A stretch of 24,572 nucleotides of DNA, from the NCBI GenBank assembly GCA_032249135.1, contig JAVVGL010000028.1, positions 1-24,572 of the forward strand. The letters are read 5' to 3'. The position numbers and the translations under genes were made by a program. The stretch's first letter is position 1. Every line of letters begins with the position of its first letter. Shown here one piece after another: positions 17,492-24,572 of the stretch. The notes under the pieces are model-generated. The model did no database searches. It saw only the letters and a list, made by a program, of their open reading frames with translations, and had not been told where the DNA came from. Source of the stretch: Candidatus Calescibacterium sp. Lineage in GTDB: Bacteria > Calescibacteriota > Calescibacteriia > Calescibacteriales > Calescibacteriaceae.

Positions 17492-19105
17492 TCACCATAT
17501 AGTTATCTCTATACCCCCGGAAATAAAAGGAAAACTTGGATTATATCTGATGTTATCTGCTGGATACTCAAGTCCTTCGAGCTCATAGGAGAAGTTTTCA
17601 GCAGTGGTCATAAGTCTATATCCCCCACCTAAAAATATGCTGAAACGAGGATGTAAAAACCACTCCAAAAATAATGAAGGAGTAATTCCAAAAGAAATAT
17701 CAGAAAGTGTAACCACTCTGGAAGCACCTTCTTCATTTGTTCCCATTGCAGTTGCGGGTATCCCTATTCTTATGAGGTCAAGAGTAAGTTGAGGTACAAA
17801 TCCGAGCGAGCGTAAATAAAACTTTTTTCTTATTCCTAAGTTTGCTCCGATCTCATACGCAAACCGTGATATATTAACTAATCCAGAAGCTATAAGGTAA
17901 AACTCAGATATGTTCCATCCAAACGCAGTTGAAGTATTTACTTTGCCAGAAATAGAAAAACCAAAAGCAGAACCTTTCTTCCCCTCACCAAAAACTAAAT
18001 TTGGGTTAGGTTCCGTTTCCTCAAAGTTCATAGAAGGTAAATAGTTGAAAGATAATGTAAATCCGACACCCACAAGTGGATACTCTCTTATTATCTGCCC
18101 GACTTCTGCTGAACCTGACATAATTTGGAATCTTGAATTTTCTTCGGTTTTCCCATCTGCTATTTTTCTTGCTCTTACCCATCCTACTCTTTTGAAAGTT
18201 TCTTTTTTTCTGCCAAACTCATCAATCTCTTCTTGTCTTTCCAAAACTTGAAAATCTGAGTCAAGATACACTTTGTCTTTCTTTGTAAGTGGAGCCCAAA
18301 CATTTTGTCCCTCCGCACTTGAAATTGTAGCAAAAAGTGAAAAATCAGGAACTCTCCTCATATCTGCATTTATTTTTTTTGATATCCACTCAACGACCAT
18401 TATAATACATCTCTCAAAAGCTTGAAATGGAGTCTCAAAAAATTCAACAGACGGCAAAAACAAAGATATAGGAAATGGCAAAGGTAAAAGAGGCATTTCA
18501 CCAACCTTGACAACCTCTGTATGACTCGTATATGTTTTGAAAACCAAAATTGGCTCTCCTGTCTCAAAATCAACTTTGTAGTACACGACTTCAACTCCCA
18601 GAGAGCAAGATATAGACATATCAATTCCTCCTCTTTTTTTTCTTCCACTTATCCATACTCCGACATTGAATTTTTTAACATGTGGAAAATATATGTATGC
18701 AGAGTTAGCTATTTTTCTGAGATCCTCTGCGGTGACAACGAGGTCTTTGAATCGCCAATCCATTTTAGCTTCAGCTTTTGCTCTATCAACTTTCACCTCA
18801 TCAACATATTGTTTTACAAGCTTTGAAAGAGCATAAATATCTGTATCTCCACCCAGCGATACAGGATTGTAATCAAATCTTTCTATCTCAACCGCTTTTC
18901 TTATTCTGGATTCAAGGTACTGGTAAAGGTCAATCCCAGTAAGGAAATCTACCGCACGCGCTACCTTTCTGATTTCTGGGTCCATAACCATTTTGAGGTA
19001 TGTTATAGATTTTCTCGTAAATTTTTCCTCACTTTCACCTCTGACATCCAACGATAGCAGGAATATATAAAAGAGAAGGAACTGAAAAAGAATAAAATTC
19101 CTCAT
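17492..19105 (-). CDS. Hypothetical exported protein with probable C-terminal outer-membrane beta-barrel
   Basis: Signal peptide (..LDVRG/ES), soluble middle region, last ~190 aa of alternating beta-strands ending GGIEITIW. Confidence 0.7.
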   Translation of the reverse strand: MRNFILFQFLLFYIFLLSLDVRGESEEKFTRKSITYLKMVMDPEIRKVARAVDFLTGIDLYQYLESRIRKAVEIERFDYNPVSLGGDTDIYALSKLVKQYVDEVKVDRAKAEAKMDWRFKDLVVTAEDLRKIANSAYIYFPHVKKFNVGVWISGRKKRGGIDMSISCSLGVEVVYYKVDFETGEPILVFKTYTSHTEVVKVGEMPLLPLPFPISLFLPSVEFFETPFQAFERCIIMVVEWISKKINADMRRVPDFSLFATISSAEGQNVWAPLTKKDKVYLDSDFQVLERQEEIDEFGRKKETFKRVGWVRARKIADGKTEENSRFQIMSGSAEVGQIIREYPLVGVGFTLSFNYLPSMNFEETEPNPNLVFGEGKKGSAFGFSISGKVNTSTAFGWNISEFYLIASGLVNISRFAYEIGANLGIRKKFYLRSLGFVPQLTLDLIRIGIPATAMGTNEEGASRVVTLSDISFGITPSLFLEWFLHPRFSIFLGGGYRLMTTAENFSYELEGLEYPADNIRYNPSFPFISGGIEITIW

Positions 19106-19179
19106 AGAAAGAATAAATTAACAGTCCATTGCTAAAAATTTAGTTTTTCATTAATTATTTGTAAGAAAATTTTGTTTTT

Positions 19180-20313
19180 TTACTCCCCAAACTTTATACC
19201 TTTTTTTCTCAAAATTTCAAGAGCTCTCTCTGAGGGAACAAAAGGTTTAGGATTACCAACTATCTCCCCTTTCACTATCTTCCATGAATAAACAACCGGA
19301 CTCATCTCGTATCTTCCTAAATTATCAACACCTCTTATTTTTATTTCATTCAGTCCCTCTTTTAAATCTGATATTGTAAGAGGGGAGGAACATTTAACCC
19401 ATCCAGTATCGTTGATATTGCACTCAAAATTCACATCTTCATCGTCTGCAATAAAAACAAATCTTGCTGAATTAGAATTTGTTATGCTTGGTGGTGCCTC
19501 AATCAATAAAGTAGTAGGAGGATTTGCATCTACTCGGAAAACAAATTGCTTGACAATTTCTTCCCTATTTCCAGCAAGGTCCTCCGAGAAAGCTGAAATT
19601 TTATGCCAACCGTCTGATATATTTGTAAGAAGAATTTCCCCACGAGAACAATCTAACCAAAAACCATCGTCTATCCTGCAAAGCGTATATTTCACGGGCT
19701 CACTGACAATAAACCTAAACTTAGCTTCGGAAGAAAGCAAAAGCTCCGAAAAACCCACAGGAACTATTGTTGTAATAGGTGGATATGTATCAACTATAAA
19801 GTCATATTCTAACATAGGGCAATTCAAACCCTTAAAAAAAACTCTAAAATTCTTTGGACCATCCTCATTAAAATAAACCATAACCCTAACTGGTGATAAT
19901 TCGCAAGGGAATTCTTCATCAAATATCCTACATGAGAAAATCTCTCCCGGGGAAAACACAAATTCTGCTGATTTTTTATTCCAAAGTTTTTTTGGCATCT
20001 CAATCAGCGAGAGAGAAAAAGGTAAATCATAGCAGGTCGTAATCTCTGTATATGCTTGCTCCTCGGGGATTATCCCCTCCTCTTCCTCAGGAATTATCTC
20101 AACTACTTCTTCCTGGGAAGGGGTTATTGATTCTGATTCTGAAACCGGAGGAGAAATTTTCCTTTCAGATACATACTCCTCTTTTTTACTGGGACATTTT
20201 GATAACAAAACACCTACAATAAATCCAAGTGTGAAAGATGAAATAAAGATTACAAAACTTCTGAAATTAGAATGTCTAATTTTTCCTTCATTTCTCCCCA
20301 TATTTTCTCCCAC
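19180..20313 (-). CDS. Membrane-anchored protein with 2-3 Ig-like repeats
   Basis: TM helix ending LLSKC, acidic Pro/Glu linker, repeats VDTYPPITTI..CRIDDGFWLDCS..DLAGN and VDANPPTTLL..CNINDTGWVKCSSP..DNLG. Start GTG 20313 or ATG 20301. Confidence 0.75.
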   Translation of the reverse strand: MGENMGRNEGKIRHSNFRSFVIFISSFTLGFIVGVLLSKCPSKKEEYVSERKISPPVSESESITPSQEEVVEIIPEEEEGIIPEEQAYTEITTCYDLPFSLSLIEMPKKLWNKKSAEFVFSPGEIFSCRIFDEEFPCELSPVRVMVYFNEDGPKNFRVFFKGLNCPMLEYDFIVDTYPPITTIVPVGFSELLLSSEAKFRFIVSEPVKYTLCRIDDGFWLDCSRGEILLTNISDGWHKISAFSEDLAGNREEIVKQFVFRVDANPPTTLLIEAPPSITNSNSARFVFIADDEDVNFECNINDTGWVKCSSPLTISDLKEGLNEIKIRGVDNLGRYEMSPVVYSWKIVKGEIVGNPKPFVPSERALEILRKKGIKFGE

Positions 20314-20332
20314 AATTATATTTTAAATACCT

Positions 20333-22696
20333 GTGGATAGAGCAGCAATTAAACCAAGTAAAATCCTAATATTATTATTACTTTTCTTCGGTGGTAATTT
20401 TTTTGGGCAAATAAAATGTGAGATTAAAAAACCTCAACATGAGGAAACATTAGAATTTCATGAGGAGAAATTAGAATTCCCTGAAAATGCAAATACTGTT
20501 GTTATTTTAGGACAGTCAAGCCACCTTGATATATCTTGGGTTTATACATCAGAAGAATACTATGAAAAGTTAGTAAAAGATATATTTTTGAACTCAATTG
20601 ATTTCGTAAAATCTCACAAAAATCACAGAGTATTTTTCGCTGAAATATTCTGGATTGATAATTTCCTGAAAAAAGAAAAAAAAGAAGGGAATGAGTTCCT
20701 TTCCTTAATCAAAGATGGAAAAATAAAAATAGAAGGAGGAGGAGTTGGAACTGATGATTGGGTTGTAATCCCAGCAGAAGGTATAATAAGAAATTACATG
20801 ACAGGAAGAAGCTGGCTAAAAAAGAGAGGTTTGAAAATTCCAAAAGACGCATGGGTTCCCGACTCATTCGGCTTCCCCCAAGATATGCCAGACCTACTTT
20901 ACTTTTTAGGATTCAGATCAGTAGCTCTATCAAGAGTAAATGGATTTACCCAAACACCAAAACATCTGAACCCCATAACAGAAAAAGATTTTGTTGAAGG
21001 CTCGGGAGGACAAAAGCTCTTCAAATCGGGAATCCTCACAAGGTGGAAAGGAAAATACGGAGAAGTAATTTTATTCTTTATGCCAAACCTATATGGCATA
21101 GGCTCTTTCTTCTTCTGCAAATTAGATTTCCCATCAAATGTTTATGTCAATCCAGAAGCTGAATGCATCGGAGAAGAAGCAGATGAAGAAACTTTCTCAA
21201 AGAAAATCTTAGATTACACAGGAAGAATGAAAGAGAAAGCAAATTCAAAATTTATCTTCATTCCAATAGGTTGGGACTTTGAAAGACCTAAAAAGAACCT
21301 CGGAAAGTTCATAGATTACTGGAACCAAAAATATTTCCCATCAACAGGAACTTTTCTTGTAATCGGGAGCTTTTCTGATTTCATCTCTCTTGTAGAGAAA
21401 GAAAAAGATAAATTACCCGTCTTTGAAGGGAATCTCGCTCCTTATTGGACCGGCTACTTTGGTTCAAGAACATATCTCAAAAGGTTCATAAACGAAAGCA
21501 TATTCAGATTGATGTCAGCAGAAACTATGATTTCAATAGCCGAGAGCTTAAACCTAAAAGTTCCAGAAGAAATAAAAGATGAGTTAGAAAAACTTTGGTT
21601 TGTGATGGCTATATTTACAAATCACGACTCAGGAGCTGGAACTCTGTATAAAACCACAGAAGAAAAAGAAACAAAACCTCTTATGAAAGAAACCCAATTG
21701 AGAATTTCCAACATAGAAAATAAAATACTTGATATTTTCCGGCAAAAAATAGGTTCAGATAAAAAAATAGTCATAAATCCGCTTGGAATAGAAAGGAATG
21801 GAATCCCTCCATTTGGATACAAAATTTTGAACGCAAATGAACCAACACAAAGCGAGAGCCTTAAAGAAATACAAGATACAGGAAATTTTGGATTTCATAC
21901 AAAAGCTATTTTGTGGGCTGATGATGGTGGATCTTGGAGAATAGGTTCAGAAACTCCTCCCGGAAGATTTGAAGAAATTTCAGAATATCAAATCTCAATA
22001 ACAAAGAAAATATCGCAAGATAGCAAAATTTTTCTGGAAGCCGCAACCGAAACCATACCAGAAGGTCATTCACTCACTTTGAGATTTATCTTCCAGCACA
22101 AAATAACAAAAATCTTGAATGAATCTCACACAGGACTTGTTGAATATACAGAATTAGAAAAAATATACAAACCAACTTTCACACCCTTCACGAACTTTTT
22201 CAAAGTCTATCTTGAAAATGGAGATGTATTTACAATAGCAACAAAAGGCGGAAAAGGAGTAGCTCAAACATCAGAAAAAAGCATAGATGTATTCATAGGT
22301 AGAAACACAAAGTTTGAAAAATACGATATTTTAGGTCCTCTCGGAGATATGAGCGAAACCGGACCATTTTCTACATCATTTATGATTTACAAAAAAACAA
22401 AATCAGAAGATAATGATTTAGATTCAGCAAAAGTTGTCTATGACTTTCTTTTTCCTGTTTATTCACGAGAAGGAGTAAAAGCAGACCTAAAAACTGAAAT
22501 CCCAGAGAGCTTTTCTCTTTTACAAATTGAAGAAAATTTGGGACTTTATATTTACACAATTGATGGAAAGTTTTATTTGAGATTATGGAAACCCGCAGAA
22601 GAGATAGAAATCAAGGGAGGATATTTTAAAGATTTAAACTCCGTAAATCTTTTCGGAGAAAAAATAAAAGTCTCAAACACTTTTGAGTTAAGGTAA
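20333..22696 (+). CDS. Secreted glycoside hydrolase family 38 (alpha-mannosidase-like)
   Basis: Zn ligands SHLDISW, nucleophile WVPDSFG, IGWDF, YWTGYFGSR, NHDSGAGT, INPL..R, PPFGY; N-terminal hydrophobic signal. Confidence 0.88.
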   Translation: MDRAAIKPSKILILLLLFFGGNFFGQIKCEIKKPQHEETLEFHEEKLEFPENANTVVILGQSSHLDISWVYTSEEYYEKLVKDIFLNSIDFVKSHKNHRVFFAEIFWIDNFLKKEKKEGNEFLSLIKDGKIKIEGGGVGTDDWVVIPAEGIIRNYMTGRSWLKKRGLKIPKDAWVPDSFGFPQDMPDLLYFLGFRSVALSRVNGFTQTPKHLNPITEKDFVEGSGGQKLFKSGILTRWKGKYGEVILFFMPNLYGIGSFFFCKLDFPSNVYVNPEAECIGEEADEETFSKKILDYTGRMKEKANSKFIFIPIGWDFERPKKNLGKFIDYWNQKYFPSTGTFLVIGSFSDFISLVEKEKDKLPVFEGNLAPYWTGYFGSRTYLKRFINESIFRLMSAETMISIAESLNLKVPEEIKDELEKLWFVMAIFTNHDSGAGTLYKTTEEKETKPLMKETQLRISNIENKILDIFRQKIGSDKKIVINPLGIERNGIPPFGYKILNANEPTQSESLKEIQDTGNFGFHTKAILWADDGGSWRIGSETPPGRFEEISEYQISITKKISQDSKIFLEAATETIPEGHSLTLRFIFQHKITKILNESHTGLVEYTELEKIYKPTFTPFTNFFKVYLENGDVFTIATKGGKGVAQTSEKSIDVFIGRNTKFEKYDILGPLGDMSETGPFSTSFMIYKKTKSEDNDLDSAKVVYDFLFPVYSREGVKADLKTEIPESFSLLQIEENLGLYIYTIDGKFYLRLWKPAEEIEIKGGYFKDLNSVNLFGEKIKVSNTFELR

Positions 22697-22708
22697 GAGT
22701 AGAAAAAA

Positions 22709-24217
22709 TTAAACTTTGAAGAACTTTACTACTTCTTTGAGACGGGATGCAAGACCCAAAAGGTCATCTGATACCCTTTTTGCTACATCCGAAAATTTTG
22801 AAATCTCATTCCCTATCTCTGAAATTTCTCTTATATTTCTTGCTATCTCCTCCACAGTCCGCACTTGCTGTTCAAAGCTTGCAGAAAGAGATGAAATTTC
22901 ATCTGAGCTTGATTTTGATGAGTTTTGAATCTGTGAGAAACTCACCACAATTTCCCCCATAAGATTCGTTATATCTTCAAAGCTTCCTTTAACACCCATC
23001 ATAAACTGAGAAACATCTTCTGATATTTTAGTGACGGAAGAAACAATTTGAGTTATTGATTTAGCTTCAGTCATAGTTTTTTCAGCAAGTTTTCTTACTT
23101 CCTGAGCCACCACAGCAAATCCTTTTCCAGCATCACCTGCTCTTGCCGCTTCTATTGATGCGTTCAGGGCTAAAAGATTTGTCTGGTCTGCAATATCTTC
23201 AATCGTTGAAACTATGTCTTTTACTTTGCTTATTTCATCTGATAAATTTTTGAGCTTCTGCACGAACAGAGAAAGTTGAGATGAGAAATTCTTCACTCTT
23301 TCAGAAAGAGCCGAAACTTTGCTTGCACCTTCAGCAGAAACACCAACCGAACTTTTAGACAAACTTACTATATATTCAAGTCTCTTTTTTACTTCGTTTA
23401 TAGTTGCTGAAAACTCCTCAACAGCATTTGATATTGCAACAATATTCTGAGCGGGTCGAGCCGTTGCGTTATAAATTCTCATTATCTCATTTTTCACATT
23501 TGATGAAAGCTCTTTTACTTTATCTGAAATATCTTGAATATCTTTTAGAACTTTTATTATTTCCTGCGAGACAGAATTCCAAGCAAAAGCAAGACGCCCC
23601 ATCTCATCTTGACCCTTTATATCAACAGCCTTTATCTCTCCCTTTGTAAGAAGATTGAAGACCTTCAAAAACCTCTCAACCGCACTCACAATTCTCCCAG
23701 AAAAAACAAGAGAAAGAACAATAAATATAACTGATACTCCAAGCGCAGATGTTAGGGTGAAAACAGAAGATAAAAAAGAAAGTTTAGAAATCTTACTCAA
23801 AATATTTCCCCCTATCTCAAAAGCCTGTTTTTTCAGAAAAGAAGCTTTTTCAGATAAAGCCGCTGCTTTCTCAAGATCTTGCGTTCTTATTACCTCACCT
23901 GCTAATACCACATATTCTTGCAAAGTAGCGGTAAATCTTTCGGTATCAAAACCAGCTTTATTTACTTTCTCAGATGACTCTAAAATTTCTCTGATAAAAG
24001 GCTGTGCCTCCTTCAACCTTTCGGAATCCTGAAATTTTATAGCCTCAGATATGATGGAAGCGATAAATCCAAAATTCTCAATTACTTTCTGCCACGAACC
24101 TGACACATGGGAGAGCTTTTCTATTTTCTTACTTATTACGAAAGAAATCAGACCTGTGGAAAGAAATATCAGCCCAACAAGGGAAACAGCCAATATAATC
24201 TTTACCCTTATACTCAT
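22709..24217 (-). CDS. Methyl-accepting chemotaxis protein
   Basis: TM1, ~115-aa helical periplasmic domain, TM2, HAMP ([13 protein letters not shown]), hairpin tip [38 protein letters not shown]. Confidence 0.96.
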   Translation of the reverse strand: MSIRVKIILAVSLVGLIFLSTGLISFVISKKIEKLSHVSGSWQKVIENFGFIASIISEAIKFQDSERLKEAQPFIREILESSEKVNKAGFDTERFTATLQEYVVLAGEVIRTQDLEKAAALSEKASFLKKQAFEIGGNILSKISKLSFLSSVFTLTSALGVSVIFIVLSLVFSGRIVSAVERFLKVFNLLTKGEIKAVDIKGQDEMGRLAFAWNSVSQEIIKVLKDIQDISDKVKELSSNVKNEIMRIYNATARPAQNIVAISNAVEEFSATINEVKKRLEYIVSLSKSSVGVSAEGASKVSALSERVKNFSSQLSLFVQKLKNLSDEISKVKDIVSTIEDIADQTNLLALNASIEAARAGDAGKGFAVVAQEVRKLAEKTMTEAKSITQIVSSVTKISEDVSQFMMGVKGSFEDITNLMGEIVVSFSQIQNSSKSSSDEISSLSASFEQQVRTVEEIARNIREISEIGNEISKFSDVAKRVSDDLLGLASRLKEVVKFFKV

Positions 24218-24233
24218 TATTTTTTATTCCTTG

Positions 24234-24259
24234 TTCATTTTTTCATTTCATTTTTTCAT
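24234..24259. repeat. Perfect 13-bp tandem duplication TTCATTTTTTCAT x2
   Basis: Copies at 24234-24246 and 24247-24259, between the PBP-like stop and the MCP start. Confidence 0.7.
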
Positions 24260-24570
24260 TTTATTTCGAGCAAAATTTTCAGTCCCTCCTGCCTTGCTTT
24301 GTTAGCTGGAACAATACCGATTGCGCCCCTGTTCCTCTTAACTAAATCCACAATCTCATCTACTCCAACCTCTCGTGGTGGAATTCCCTCACCAGAAAGT
24401 GCTTTTGTTAGCCAGTGAGCCTTAAAATCTTTTTGAGATATCCCTAAAACCTTTTGGAAAAATGTATCAGGAGTACCTTTCATAACAAGTGGTAAAGCTG
24501 GAGTTCCATCAGGTAAAGTTTTTGCAAACCCAAGATAAATTCTCTTTACATAATCTGGCGGGATATTGGG
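24256..24570 (-). CDS. Small PstS/PBP-like periplasmic protein (5' end outside window)
   Basis: The frame is open to the window edge: PNIPPDYVKRIYLGFAKTLPDGTPALPLVMKGTPDTFFQKVLG..HWLTKALSGEGIPP..EIVDLVKRNRGAIGIV. This matches the short 'phosphate ABC substrate-binding' family pattern (IYLG..PDG; W...SG.G.PP; GAIG). Confidence 0.8.
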   Translation of the reverse strand, partial: PNIPPDYVKRIYLGFAKTLPDGTPALPLVMKGTPDTFFQKVLGISQKDFKAHWLTKALSGEGIPPREVGVDEIVDLVKRNRGAIGIVPANKARQEGLKILLEIK

Positions 24571-24572
24571 AG

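Noticed and set aside
19412..19876. 154-aa plus-strand ORF
   Set aside because: Antisense to the Ig-repeat gene; Ser-rich composition typical of a shadow frame.
22716..24418. Plus-strand ORFs over the MCP and PBP-like genes
   Set aside because: Antisense shadows of strongly supported minus-strand genes.
1..24572. tRNA, rRNA, riboswitch, transposase, integrase or defence-system genes
   Set aside because: Intergenic gaps are short and very AT-rich with no GC-rich structured segments; no ORF shows DDE, tyrosine-recombinase, RT, nuclease or Cas motifs that I can recognise.

Overview
AT-rich, gene-dense bacterial chromosomal segment from a diderm organism (outer-membrane beta-barrels, lipoproteins). 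It holds about 21 CDS. Recognisable genes are a DppC-like permease, gcvH, mscS, galU, panE, comEC divergent from comM/yifB, an arylamine N-acetyltransferase-family gene, DUF4416, a CdaR/YbbR-like gene, a LolA-like plus beta-barrel pair, gmd, a LivF-like ATPase, an alpha/beta hydrolase, a compact secreted GH38 mannosidase, a chemoreceptor and a 5'-truncated small PBP-like protein. Several envelope proteins are uncharacterised. I found no tRNA, rRNA, CRISPR array, transposase or integrase. The most notable observations are: (i) a mini periplasmic-binding-protein plus MCP sensing module; (ii) a switch in strand-specific codon bias near 9.6-11 kb plus a dif-like half site at the window edge, suggesting a replication-terminus region; (iii) a minimal GH38 sitting head-to-head with an Ig-repeat surface protein; (iv) many genes separated from their usual operon partners, several with a leaderless-type -10 box 7-9 nt upstream of the start. 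All family calls come from motif recognition by eye; no searches were run.
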